64,000 nucleotides of DNA from an uncultured Bdellovibrionales bacterium (GCA_964636505.1 CAZWRY010000003.1:4871-68870); one strand, 5' to 3'. Numbered from the stretch's first letter, positions 19,403 to 29,196 are shown. Numbers and translations: made by a program. Notes: generated by a model not told the origin, from the letters alone.

Positions 19403-21322
19403 TTATTCGGGTGCCTGAATTTTACCGGTTGGTATTGTACTATCCTCTGTCAGATAGGTGGTTTTTTCCCTGATGGTTGTTTTTAATTCTTGTTCGGTAA
19501 ATAAGTCCTTGGCTGAAAATGTGGCCGGACCCACCAGTTGCGCATCATTACTCGCTTGTCCCGGTAAAGGAGTCAATTTCACTTGAAAAATAAATTCCTC
19601 CGCTTGACTGGTTATTCCAGCGCCAGCATTGATATTGCCGATATTCCAGACCAAAGTATTACTTCTTTCGTTGTAAATATAATTTGCATTTTCCGGACTC
19701 ACATTGCCCGTAAGTGTAACATTTGTTGGCAAAACAGCAATAACCTTAGCTTCCTCAACATCGTTGAAGATATTCATAGCTCTCCAGTATATAGTATAGG
19801 TTGTATCTTGTCCAACGACAGGCGGAATTGGTCCGGAATTTGGAATAGCTTTATTGGTGTAAAATCCAAAAGATTCTAAAACTAATTTTGAGTTGAGCTT
19901 CATAGTTATCTCATTGCCGGATATGATCTGGTTTTCCCGAAGCGGAGAATTAATGTCGGCACTGTCTATTCTGGCCGAGCTGGAAAATATGAAATTTTTA
20001 TCTAGAACATTCTCAGTAGGAATTATGTCTTTAACTTTTATGGTAAACTTTATTGAACCTCTTTCGCCAGGATTCAATCTGGCTAATTTTTCATTATCAG
20101 CCGCTTTCCAGGTAATAATCTTCCTGTTAGCGTCAAAATATCCGCCTTTGCCCAAGCTTAAAGTTGAATAATCCAAAATAGGACTGTCAATACTTTCCGA
20201 AACAATCAAATCCTTGAGGGTCTGGTCACTGCTATTTCCAAATTGTATTTCATAATTCAAGATATCTCCGGCATTTACAAAGAGCTTATCCGAATCATTT
20301 ATACGCTGAACGATTGCCAAATCCGGGTAAGCGACGCGAGTTTCGGCTTTTTGTTCAATATAGCTTAGAAATTTTTCATCCCTGACAATCCCGGCATGAA
20401 CTGTAAATCTTTTTATTTCATCTTTTCTTCCTTCCATCTTCCCTTTGACTTTTATTATGCCTCCTTCGCCGGCCGGAATGGTACCGATGAACCAAATATT
20501 ATTTTGGTCTGAAACCATCGGAATGGAACTGGCGAAAATGAAACCGTCAGCATAATCTGCTTTTATTTGCAAAGCTTCCAGTTCTTCATTTCCAGAATTT
20601 CTGTAGTTTATAACATATTCAACCGCGTCTCCATTGGCAATTACTTGTTGAGCTAGCACATTTAAAGTGATGGGTGCGGTAGCAATGCTAACTCCGTATT
20701 GAGATTTAGTAACTAATATGCTACTTAAAACAGACGGAGTATAAGACAACTCCATTTTTAAATAAGTCAAATTTTCACTTGCAGAATACGTTCTAGCATT
20801 AAAGATAATCTTTTTTTCTTCTCCTCCTTTAATTTCTCCCAGATTATACGTTCCAGTTATCGGAGTTTCTTCAACAAAATTGGGATTTTCTTCAGGACGA
20901 AAATTCTCCGGATAACTAAGACGCAAAACGGCATTACGCAAATCAGCCCTGTTGTCATTTTTGTAGGTTATTTCATAGGCTACCAGTTTGCCACTTCTGA
21001 CTTCCTCCAAGCCCTGGGCTACCAAGGAAACTCTTTCAAAGTTAAACGATGCTTGCCTAATTTTATAAAAAACCACTCCAATAATAACTAAAAGAAGAAT
21101 GACACCTCCGATAAGCGCAGCTATTTTTATTTTTATTTTTCTCTTTTCATACATTTCATTCGGGTCAATTAGGCTGCTTTCATTTGCGACAGAAAACTTT
21201 TGGACAGCCTCTTCACTTCCCGCCAGGGATGATCTGGCATCAAATTCACTTTCAGCATGATGGTAAAGGTCTTTTTCTTCCTCTTTTTTGTAAAGTTTAT
21301 TTTTTATATCAGCTAGAGACAT
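19403..21322 (-). CDS. Membrane-anchored protein with repeated beta-sandwich (DUF11/Ig-like) domains
   Basis: One N-terminal TM helix; repeated YEITYKN / YVINYRN / YEIQFGN strands and WxIG motifs. Confidence 0.65.
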   Translation of the reverse strand: MSLADIKNKLYKKEEEKDLYHHAESEFDARSSLAGSEEAVQKFSVANESSLIDPNEMYEKRKIKIKIAALIGGVILLLVIIGVVFYKIRQASFNFERVSLVAQGLEEVRSGKLVAYEITYKNDNRADLRNAVLRLSYPENFRPEENPNFVEETPITGTYNLGEIKGGEEKKIIFNARTYSASENLTYLKMELSYTPSVLSSILVTKSQYGVSIATAPITLNVLAQQVIANGDAVEYVINYRNSGNEELEALQIKADYADGFIFASSIPMVSDQNNIWFIGTIPAGEGGIIKVKGKMEGRKDEIKRFTVHAGIVRDEKFLSYIEQKAETRVAYPDLAIVQRINDSDKLFVNAGDILNYEIQFGNSSDQTLKDLIVSESIDSPILDYSTLSLGKGGYFDANRKIITWKAADNEKLARLNPGERGSIKFTIKVKDIIPTENVLDKNFIFSSSARIDSADINSPLRENQIISGNEITMKLNSKLVLESFGFYTNKAIPNSGPIPPVVGQDTTYTIYWRAMNIFNDVEEAKVIAVLPTNVTLTGNVSPENANYIYNERSNTLVWNIGNINAGAGITSQAEEFIFQVKLTPLPGQASNDAQLVGPATFSAKDLFTEQELKTTIREKTTYLTEDSTIPTGKIQAPE

Positions 21323-21392
21323 TTTTTTTATTTTTATGTTTTATCCACTCGCCAAAAGTAATTCATTATTCATAAATTACGGCATCTATATT

Positions 21393-22148
21393 TTACCACA
21401 AAAATCCCTTGCCCGCCATACCACTCTCGCCAAAAACCCACCTCAAAAAATCGGAAAATGTTATCTTTATTTGATTAATGTCTTTATCTGTAGCATTAAT
21501 TTTCACTAGATTACTTATTTTATTTTTCAAAAAGACTCTAATAAATTTTATTGATTCATCATTTATTTTAAGTTTCTGGTTTTCTTTGCCGGCGCAAATA
21601 GAGCAAAGAACTCCTCCGTGCCGGGCGCTGAAATAATTTTTCTGAGAAACAAGTTTTTTTCCGCAACCAACACATCTGTCCGCTTCAACCCGATAACCCA
21701 TTTCGCCCAAAAACTTAAATAGAAATCCCAGAGTTAAAATTCTTTTTTTGTTTTCCATATTTTCTTTAGTTGACAAATGCTCCATTGTTTCTAAATAATC
21801 CTTGAGTAGTTTGGCAATATTTTCATCCGCACTCTGTTCGGAAATTATTTTATCCATAATTTTGAAAACATAAAAAACTTGCTTCATGGAATCCATATCT
21901 GATTTTATTTTGGGAAAATTATTTGTTGCAATTGAGCCAGTTATTTTTCCGAGACCCCTGGTTTTGGCCAGAAAAATTTCCGCTTGGGTTATTGGCTCAA
22001 GAAAACCTGCTAGTTTGGCCTTAGCCTTTCTGACGCTTTTGGCTAAAGCTCTGATTTTCCCCATTTCCAAAGTATAGATCGTATATATCCGATCCGTTTC
22101 ACCCACATCCCGCTTATTTAAAATTACACCTGTAAATTTATACTCCAT
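21393..22148 (-). CDS. recO: DNA repair protein RecO
   Basis: GETDRIYTIYT..GKIRALAKSVRK, CVGC...GGVLCSIC. Confidence 0.93.
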   Translation of the reverse strand: MEYKFTGVILNKRDVGETDRIYTIYTLEMGKIRALAKSVRKAKAKLAGFLEPITQAEIFLAKTRGLGKITGSIATNNFPKIKSDMDSMKQVFYVFKIMDKIISEQSADENIAKLLKDYLETMEHLSTKENMENKKRILTLGFLFKFLGEMGYRVEADRCVGCGKKLVSQKNYFSARHGGVLCSICAGKENQKLKINDESIKFIRVFLKNKISNLVKINATDKDINQIKITFSDFLRWVFGESGMAGKGFLW

Positions 22149-22149
22149 G

Positions 22150-25089
22150 CTATCTTTTTATTTGCAAGATAATTTTCTCGCCGTTAATATTAAATTCTTT
22201 TTCCAAATCAATATTTTCAACTTTTTTATTTTCCAGCTTGTTGGCCAGAGTTTCTTTTTGAATTATCTCGCCAAATTTATCCATGACTTTTTCCATGCCT
22301 TGGAAAAAAACTTCTATTCTGTTTTCCACTTCATATCCGGCCTCTCTTCGCATTTCCTGAATAAAGCGGACAATTTCCCTCGCCTGGCCTTCTAGTTTCA
22401 AATTTTCGGTAATTTCAGTGTTAAGCTCGATATTTTCGGTAATACTTTTATCAAAAGAAGCATCCTTAACATTAACTTCTTCCTGAATTATATCTAAAAA
22501 TTCTTTTCTCAAATCATAGGCCTTGAATCTCAAATCATTAAGCGGTTGGCGTACTTTTATTCCAGCCTTAGCCCTAAGCTGCAAAGCTTCTGTAATAATC
22601 ATCCTGACTTTTTCCATTTCTTCATTTAATTTCTCATCTACCAATTTTTCATCAGCCACTGGAAAATCGGACAAATGCACAGATTCTTTGCCGATCAGAT
22701 TTTTGTAAATTTCCTCCGCAATAAATGGACAAAATGGTGCCATCAACTTGGAAAGTTCCACCAAAACATAGTGCAAAGTCTCATAGGCTGCTTTTTTATC
22801 AGAGTCATCCTCTGATTTCCAAAATCTTTTTCTGGATCTTCTAATGTACCAATTGGAAAGATTATCGATGAATTTCGGAAATAGCCGAACTGTCCTATTA
22901 AGCTCATACTTTTCCATGCTTTCGTTAACATTTTTAATTAGCACTTGTAATTCAGAAACTATCCATTTATCCAGCAAGTTTGTGGTTTTTAGTCCTTGTT
23001 TTACAGAAGGCTCAAATTTATCAATATTCGCATAGAGCACAAAAAATGAATATGAATTCCAAAGCATACGCATCATACCGCGTACGACATCCGCCACTTC
23101 TGATTCTTTGAAATTAATGGTTTCAGCAGCCACCACTGGCGAGCTCAAGAGATAAAAACGCAAGGCATCCGCTCCATATTTATCCATAACCAAAGCCGGA
23201 TCCGGATAATTATTCAGTCGCTTAGCCATTTTCTTTCCATCCTCTGCCAGAACTATTCCGTTAACAATCACGTTTTTAAAAGCATTAGACTTTTTGATAG
23301 TTGTCCCAATTGCGTGTAAATAATAAAACCAGCAACGCGTTTGATCCACACCCTCGGCAATAAACTCAGCTGGGAAACTTCCATTAAAAATTTCTTCATT
23401 TTCAAAAGGAAAATGCACTTCCGCATATGGCATCGAGCCACTATCAAACCAGGTATCCAGCACATCCGGGATTCTTTTCATTTCTCCGCCACATTTCTCA
23501 CACTTGAAAGTAATTTTGTCCACAACGTGCTTATGGATATCAGTAATTTTTTCTCCAGATATGTCTTCCAATTCTTTAACCGATCCAAAAACTTTCATTT
23601 CTCCGCATTCGCACTTCCAAATTGGCATAACTGAAGCCCAATAGCGCTGGCGAGAAATTGACCAATCGCGTGCACCTTCAAGCCAATTTCCAAAACGTCC
23701 TTCTTTTAAATGTCCTGGCACCCAATTTATTTTTTTGGCCTGCTCCAACATTTCCTCTTTTATTTTTGTAATATTCACAAACCAAGATGAAGTTGCGTAA
23801 TTGATGAGCGGCGTATCACATCTCCAACAATGCGGATAGCTGTGTTCATATTTTTCTTTAGCAAAAAGCAGATTATTTTTGGCCAAATATTTTATCACTT
23901 CCACATCGGTCTTTTGATGATCTTCTTCGGGTTTTACACTCATTCCAGCAAAATCCTTAGCTTCTCCCTTAATGCTTCCATCCATACTAACATGTTGAAC
24001 GAATGGCAATTTGTATTGCTGCCCCATTTTGGCATCATCTTCCCCAAAGGCCGGCGCAATGTGCACCACTCCGGTTCCCTCTTCGGTTGTCACAAAATCT
24101 CCAGCATAAATCTGCCAACCATTTTCTTCATTCTCTAATCCTTTGCTGACATAATAATCAAAAAGAGGTTTATATTTTTTGCCAATTAACTTTTTACCTT
24201 GAAATCTTTCGATAATCCCTGGAGGTGTTGGCGGAGTTTCATTTTCCTTGAGTTCTTTGAATAGTGGAAATAATTCATCTTTTCTAATTTCATATATCCT
24301 TTCAGATAATATAAAAAACTTAGGATTGCCATTTTTATCGTTATATTTTATTTTTACATACCAAGTATTTTCCCCAACTGCTAGCGCCACATTTCCAATG
24401 AGTGTCCAGGGTGTTGTCGTCCAGGCCAAAATAAAAGCTTCGGGTTCATCTTCTAATTCAAATTTAACTGTCGCGGATAAATCTTTGATATCTTTGTACC
24501 CTTCAGCGACTTCTGACTGAGAAAGAGTTGTTTCACAACGTGTGCAAATATGCATAATCCGATGCCCTTCATATATCAGACCTTTATCGTAAAGCTCTTT
24601 GAAAACCCACCAGACAGATTCCATAAATGGCAAATCCATAGTTCTGTAGCTATTTTTCATGTCTGCCCAGCGACCCAAACGATTGATAACCGTTTCCCAT
24701 TCATCAACATATTTCAAAACTTTGGTGCGACAAAATTCATTAAACTTTTCCACGCCCATTTTCTCAATTTCGTTTTTATGTTTAATGCCCAGCTCTTTTT
24801 CGGCAATGTTTTCAATTGGCAACCCATGACAGTCCCAGCCCCATTTTCTGGGAACATTGAAACCGCGCATAGTCCAATAGCGAGGCACTGCATCCTTCAT
24901 GACGCTGCCGACAATATGACCATAGTGTGGAGTGCCGGTTGCAAAAGGCGGTCCATCATAAAAACTGTATTGCTTGGCATCTTTGCGAACTTCCAACGAT
25001 TTTTCGAAAATATTATTTTCATTCCAAAATTTCAAAATCTCTTCTTCCATTTTTGGAAAACTTTGCTTGGCATCAACTTTTTTGAACAT
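22150..25089 (-). CDS. ileS: Isoleucine--tRNA ligase, type 2 (IleRS2)
   Basis: DGPPFATGTPHYGH, GWDCHGLP, WTTTPWTL, AEGVDQTR, KMAKR; start moved to MFKKVD because the upstream extension lies in the T-box terminator. Confidence 0.97.
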   Translation of the reverse strand: MFKKVDAKQSFPKMEEEILKFWNENNIFEKSLEVRKDAKQYSFYDGPPFATGTPHYGHIVGSVMKDAVPRYWTMRGFNVPRKWGWDCHGLPIENIAEKELGIKHKNEIEKMGVEKFNEFCRTKVLKYVDEWETVINRLGRWADMKNSYRTMDLPFMESVWWVFKELYDKGLIYEGHRIMHICTRCETTLSQSEVAEGYKDIKDLSATVKFELEDEPEAFILAWTTTPWTLIGNVALAVGENTWYVKIKYNDKNGNPKFFILSERIYEIRKDELFPLFKELKENETPPTPPGIIERFQGKKLIGKKYKPLFDYYVSKGLENEENGWQIYAGDFVTTEEGTGVVHIAPAFGEDDAKMGQQYKLPFVQHVSMDGSIKGEAKDFAGMSVKPEEDHQKTDVEVIKYLAKNNLLFAKEKYEHSYPHCWRCDTPLINYATSSWFVNITKIKEEMLEQAKKINWVPGHLKEGRFGNWLEGARDWSISRQRYWASVMPIWKCECGEMKVFGSVKELEDISGEKITDIHKHVVDKITFKCEKCGGEMKRIPDVLDTWFDSGSMPYAEVHFPFENEEIFNGSFPAEFIAEGVDQTRCWFYYLHAIGTTIKKSNAFKNVIVNGIVLAEDGKKMAKRLNNYPDPALVMDKYGADALRFYLLSSPVVAAETINFKESEVADVVRGMMRMLWNSYSFFVLYANIDKFEPSVKQGLKTTNLLDKWIVSELQVLIKNVNESMEKYELNRTVRLFPKFIDNLSNWYIRRSRKRFWKSEDDSDKKAAYETLHYVLVELSKLMAPFCPFIAEEIYKNLIGKESVHLSDFPVADEKLVDEKLNEEMEKVRMIITEALQLRAKAGIKVRQPLNDLRFKAYDLRKEFLDIIQEEVNVKDASFDKSITENIELNTEITENLKLEGQAREIVRFIQEMRREAGYEVENRIEVFFQGMEKVMDKFGEIIQKETLANKLENKKVENIDLEKEFNINGEKIILQIKR

Positions 25090-25108
25090 AAATTTATAAA
25101 AAATTATT

Positions 25109-25284
25109 AAAAAATAAAAAACGTTATCCATAAGGACGACGTTTGTCGTGGTACCACCTTAATTTCCCAGCTCTTTGCCTGCAAAGGGTTGGGCTCAATT
25201 TGGCTATTACGGGCTTGCCCGGCAAGTTTTACTCGTCAAAAGACTTTCTTCTTGCGGCTCCGAGGTGATAGCCTCATCATCGCC
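25109..25284 (-). promoter_or_regulatory. ileS T-box riboswitch with ultrashort stem I, AUC specifier and intrinsic terminator
   Basis: Stem I GGCGATGATGAGG-CTATCA-CCTCGGAGCC; AGTA at 25230-25233; T-box AAGGTGGTACCACG at 25147-25160; terminator AAACGTCGTCC-TTAT-GGATAACGTTT plus T run. Confidence 0.9.
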
Positions 25285-25303
25285 TTTAACTACATTTGAG
25301 TTC

Positions 25304-25389
25304 TTCTGAAGATAATTTTAGAGGCTTATTGCAAACAGCATAATTAAAGTTTTTTTCTTATCAATTCGGCTCTAAAATTATCTTCAGAA
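25304..25389. repeat. 86-nt hairpin element, copy B, perfect 20-bp inverted repeat
   Basis: TTCTGAAGATAATTTTAGAG (25304-25323) / CTCTAAAATTATCTTCAGAA (25370-25389). Confidence 0.8.
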
Positions 25390-25405
25390 AATTATCTTTG
25401 TTTCC

Positions 25406-25434
25406 AATATAGCCCAACCTGACCAAAAAATCAA
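25406..25434 (-). promoter_or_regulatory. Putative ileS promoter TTGATT-N17-TATATT
   Basis: Consensus-like hexamers with 17-nt spacer upstream of the hairpin and T-box. Confidence 0.5.
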
Positions 25435-26177
25435 ATTTTTTTCCAATCAAAATTCCAGGGATCATCTTTGCGACCGGGAGCAATTTGATTATGTCCCAGA
25501 ACATATTTAATCTTATATCTTTTTTTAATGTCGGCTATTAAATTTTTAAGAGCTGCATATTGGACATTGGTCGGTTTATCCGATTTAGTATTCATAATCT
25601 CAATGCCGATAGAAAAATTATTTACACCGGTTCGTCCGTCTGGAGTTTTGCTTTCCCCGGCATGATAAGCGATATTTTTTTCCGTCACCAATCGGTAAAC
25701 ATTGCCCTTTCTATCGATGACATAATGCGGAGAAACTCCATATTCTTTATACTCAGAAAGTAGTTTCTTAAAATCATATTCATCTCCTCCCAAGGCATTA
25801 TATGAAGAATGAATAATAATTGTGTCTATTTTCCTGCCGGAAGAACTTTCAAATCCCCAGCTTACCAAATTTTTTATTATCTTAAAATCTGAAGTAGCGT
25901 CTTCACTCGATTGAACAGTTGTTTTTGGAAGCGTCAAATTATTTTTTTCGCTCTCTTGCAAATCTGCTGTCTGGCTCTTTTGGTTTTCAGTTGAAATATT
26001 TTCAGTCAGATCGGTTTCTTCTTTAAATTCAATTTCTTGGGTAGGATTTGGCTTTGCATTTTCCTCCAGCTGAAGAACGACTTTGGTTTTTTTACTGCTA
26101 AAAATGAAAAATAAAAAAATGGCAACAATTATTGCCAAAAAGAATATCCCGATTATTATTAATTTCCAATTTTTCAT
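25431..26177 (-). CDS. Membrane-anchored N-acetylmuramoyl-L-alanine amidase (Amidase_2)
   Basis: IIIHSS, SPHYVIDRKG, AYHAG, NNFSIGIE, GHNQIAPGRKDDP. Confidence 0.9.
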   Translation of the reverse strand: MKNWKLIIIGIFFLAIIVAIFLFFIFSSKKTKVVLQLEENAKPNPTQEIEFKEETDLTENISTENQKSQTADLQESEKNNLTLPKTTVQSSEDATSDFKIIKNLVSWGFESSSGRKIDTIIIHSSYNALGGDEYDFKKLLSEYKEYGVSPHYVIDRKGNVYRLVTEKNIAYHAGESKTPDGRTGVNNFSIGIEIMNTKSDKPTNVQYAALKNLIADIKKRYKIKYVLGHNQIAPGRKDDPWNFDWKKI

Positions 26178-27341
26178 TTATACTAAGCTTTCATAAATTT
26201 TTAAGGTTTCCTTGGCACATTTTTCCCAATCAAATTTTTCCAGTTGCTTTTTACCCTTTATGCAAAGTTCATTGCGTAAGTTTTCGTTTTCGGCTAATTT
26301 AATCATATTATCGGCAATTTCTTGAGTATCTATCGGGTTTACAAGAATAGCTGCATCTCCGGCAATTTCCGGAATAGAAGAAACATTGGACGAAAGAACG
26401 GGTGTGCCCATCGCAAAAGATTCTAAAATAGTTGAGCCGAAGCCCTCATACAGAGATGGCAAAACAAAGAATTCGGCATTTCTAAAAAGCGGTGCCAATT
26501 CGTCTCCGATTATATAGCCGGTGAAAATAACATTCTTGCTAATGCCTAAATCTTTGGATACCTGCTTGTATTCCTTGGCCAGCCAACCTCTTTTCCCGGC
26601 TACAATCAGTTTGTAATCGCAATTTATTTTTTCTTTTTTTAGATTATTTTTAAATATCTTGAAGGCTTCCAGCAATCTGACAATATTTTTTACCGGCTCC
26701 AATGTGCCCAAAAAAAGAATATATTTGTCTTTAATTTCATATTTACTAAAAATTTTTTCTCTATCCAAGCTTCTGGATTCCTCAAAAAATCTTTTGTCAA
26801 AGCCGCTGTATACAACCGCTACTTTATCTTCCGGATATTTATACTTTTCTAGGATATCTTTTTTTATGGAATTAGAAACAGCGATAATCTTGCCTGCCTT
26901 ATTCGTCATTAAATTCAATAAGGTCAGTGAATGAACTTTGGAAACCTTGGGCAAAACATCGGGAACCTTGAGAGCCGTAAGATCATTGACAGTTACCACC
27001 AGTTTTCCGGCATATCCCACAGGGATTCTGCTAAGATGAGATGTACTATGCAAAACATCTAGTTTTTCTTTCTTTAAGGTGGCAACTCCTAAAATTTCAT
27101 TGTATACTCCGGGAAAATATTTTTTATAATCAGAAAAAGGATAGAATCTCACTTTAGCATTAGAACTGGAAAATTTTCTAATGTCCTTTTCTCTGACTCT
27201 AAAATCAAAAAATAAAACATATTCGTTTTTTTTATCTATTTCCAAAAGATGGCGAATTAGCTGATAGGTGTAGTGTCCTACCCCAATTGCATCACCTTTT
27301 TCCGGATTAAGAATTGTTCTAGCATCAATGCCTATTCGCAT
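26178..27341 (-). CDS. GT4 family glycosyltransferase
   Basis: MRIGIDAR, LFLGTLEPVKN, LPSLYEGFGSTILESF. Confidence 0.93.
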   Translation of the reverse strand: MRIGIDARTILNPEKGDAIGVGHYTYQLIRHLLEIDKKNEYVLFFDFRVREKDIRKFSSSNAKVRFYPFSDYKKYFPGVYNEILGVATLKKEKLDVLHSTSHLSRIPVGYAGKLVVTVNDLTALKVPDVLPKVSKVHSLTLLNLMTNKAGKIIAVSNSIKKDILEKYKYPEDKVAVVYSGFDKRFFEESRSLDREKIFSKYEIKDKYILFLGTLEPVKNIVRLLEAFKIFKNNLKKEKINCDYKLIVAGKRGWLAKEYKQVSKDLGISKNVIFTGYIIGDELAPLFRNAEFFVLPSLYEGFGSTILESFAMGTPVLSSNVSSIPEIAGDAAILVNPIDTQEIADNMIKLAENENLRNELCIKGKKQLEKFDWEKCAKETLKIYESLV

Positions 27342-27342
27342 A

Positions 27343-27467
27343 CCCAGTAGTAGAATTTTGACATTATAAAATAATTTATAACAACAAGATTCTTAAATAA
27401 AACTTTCTTGATTTTTTTATATTAATTATTTTTTAGAACCTAGCCCAGTCAAAATTTCACTACTGGG
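27343..27467. mobile_element. 125-bp MITE-like element, ~20-bp TIR, 4-bp target duplication CATA
   Basis: CCCAGTAGTAGAATTTTGAC vs reverse complement of right end CCCAGTAGTGAAATTTTGAC (18/20); CATA at 27339-27342 and 27468-27471. Confidence 0.75.
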
Positions 27468-27516
27468 CATAAAATTATAAAGGACCATCCGGGGCCTCAA
27501 AGCTTTCACAATGGTC

Positions 27517-29196
27517 CTACATTTTTTCCGGCGCCCCGACGCCGATTAAGTTTAATGTCTCTTCTAATACTATTTTAGCAGCTTTTACAACTTCCAGTCT
27601 AGCCCGACTTATCTCCAAGTTATCCTCATCTAAAACCTTGCAATCATTGTAGAAAGAATGGAATTTGTCAGCTAGTTTTATCGCATAATGAGGCAATTTA
27701 TGGACAGCATAGATCTCAGAAACCTCTATTACAAGTTCTGGAAATTTATTAAGTTCTTTGATTAAATCCAGCTCCTTTTCATGAACTAATAATTCAAAAT
27801 TTGCTTTATCTGTATCTTGTATTTCGGTTTTTGCCTGCCTGCCCGGTAAAAAGGTTTCTTCCGCCTTGCGGATAATACTGCACATTCTCGCATGGGCATA
27901 TTGAACATAGAAAACTGGATTCTTTTCTGATCGCTCTTTAGCTAACTCTAAATCAAAATTCATATGAGTGTCCGGTGAATACATCAAAAAGAAAAATCTG
28001 GCCACATCATGCCCCACTTCATCAATTAGCTCATCGATATGCACCACATTGCCAGCGCGTTTGCTCATGCGAGCTTCCTTGCCATCTTTTACAAGACGCA
28101 CCAATTGGACAATAATAAATTTTATATTTTCCTTAGCGAATCCCAATGCTTCAGCTGCCGATTTGAAACGATTAATATAACCGTGATGATCGGCTCCCCA
28201 AATTTCAATAATTTTATCAAAGCTTCTTTCAATTTTATTTAAAATATACCCACAATCAGAGGCAAAATATGTTTTTTGCCCATCTTTTTTTATTAAAACT
28301 CTATCCTTATCATCACCAAAATCAGTTGTCCTGAGCCACAAAGCGCCTTCCGCTTCAAGGGTTAATTTTTTTTCTCTAAATATTTCTATCGCTCTTTCAA
28401 CAAACTTTTCGTCTTGTATTTTTTTCTCGCTCATCCATTCATTGAAATCAATCTGCATCTTTTCTTGAGCTGTTTTTTTTATGATATTTTCCAAAATATC
28501 AATGGCAGCTTTTTGGCCAACCTCATGTACATCCGAAGCATTTCCATATTTTCGATTAAGTTCATTGATATATTCTCCGCCATATACAGCTTTGCCATCC
28601 CCCAGAACACTATGCCCCAACTTCATTACTTGTTCACCTGCATCGTTGACATAATATTCATTCGTCACATCAAACCCAGCTTTGCGCAAAACACGAGAAA
28701 GCGAATCCCCACAAAATCCTCCTCTGCCATTACCCAAGTGCAATGGTCCAGTTGGATTGGCAGAAATAAATTCATTGTTAATCTTTATGCCATTTCCGAT
28801 TTTAGAATTTCCAAAATTTTCTTTTTGCTCATTTATTTCGACAATTCTATTCTGTAAATATTTTTTAGACAAATAGAAATTAATATACCCGGGTGCCACA
28901 ACCTCAATCTTATCAAAGATTTTTTCAATAGTTTCTTCTCCCTTTGAAAGAGAAGATGTCCACAGGACAGATGAGGGTAAAGATTTAAGTGTCTCTAATA
29001 TTTTATTGGCAATCTCTATCGGATTTTGACCTATCTTTTTTGCCAAAATCATCGCCACATTCGTTGTATAATCGCCAAATTTACTTTCTTTAGGATAACT
29101 TATTTCAATTTCCGGCATCTCAAAAACAGGTAGAAATTGACTGTCCTGCAAAGACTTTAAGGCTTTTTTGATATTTTCGGTAATTTGTTTCTTCAT
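27517..29196 (-). CDS. argS: Arginine--tRNA ligase
   Basis: EFISANPTGPLHLGNGRG, WGADHHGY, MSKRAG, YVQYAHAR, APEKM. Confidence 0.98.
   Translation of the reverse strand: MKKQITENIKKALKSLQDSQFLPVFEMPEIEISYPKESKFGDYTTNVAMILAKKIGQNPIEIANKILETLKSLPSSVLWTSSLSKGEETIEKIFDKIEVVAPGYINFYLSKKYLQNRIVEINEQKENFGNSKIGNGIKINNEFISANPTGPLHLGNGRGGFCGDSLSRVLRKAGFDVTNEYYVNDAGEQVMKLGHSVLGDGKAVYGGEYINELNRKYGNASDVHEVGQKAAIDILENIIKKTAQEKMQIDFNEWMSEKKIQDEKFVERAIEIFREKKLTLEAEGALWLRTTDFGDDKDRVLIKKDGQKTYFASDCGYILNKIERSFDKIIEIWGADHHGYINRFKSAAEALGFAKENIKFIIVQLVRLVKDGKEARMSKRAGNVVHIDELIDEVGHDVARFFFLMYSPDTHMNFDLELAKERSEKNPVFYVQYAHARMCSIIRKAEETFLPGRQAKTEIQDTDKANFELLVHEKELDLIKELNKFPELVIEVSEIYAVHKLPHYAIKLADKFHSFYNDCKVLDEDNLEISRARLEVVKAAKIVLEETLNLIGVGAPEKM
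28934..28977. repeat. Double-hairpin palindromic insert in frame in argS (PSSVLWTSSLSKGE)
   Basis: Minus strand CCCTCATC-TGTCC-TGT-GGACA-TCTTCTCT-TTCAAA-GGGAGAAGA. Confidence 0.55.

Noticed and set aside
21346-21435. CCACT(CT)CGCCAAAA direct repeat and GC-rich RecO tail
   Set aside because: Short and imperfect, with no clear palindrome or target duplication.
24550-25110. Long antisense ORFs (also 31742-32338, 36226-36846, 56800-57300)
   Set aside because: Antisense shadows of well-supported genes, with no motifs.
25090-25131. N-terminal extension MDNVFYFLIIFYKF of IleRS
   Set aside because: It is the T-box terminator and U tract.
25304-25389. TTTTAGAG / CTCTAAAA resembles type II CRISPR repeat or tracrRNA ends
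   Set aside because: Only two dispersed hairpin copies 8 kb apart; no regularly spaced array and no cas genes.
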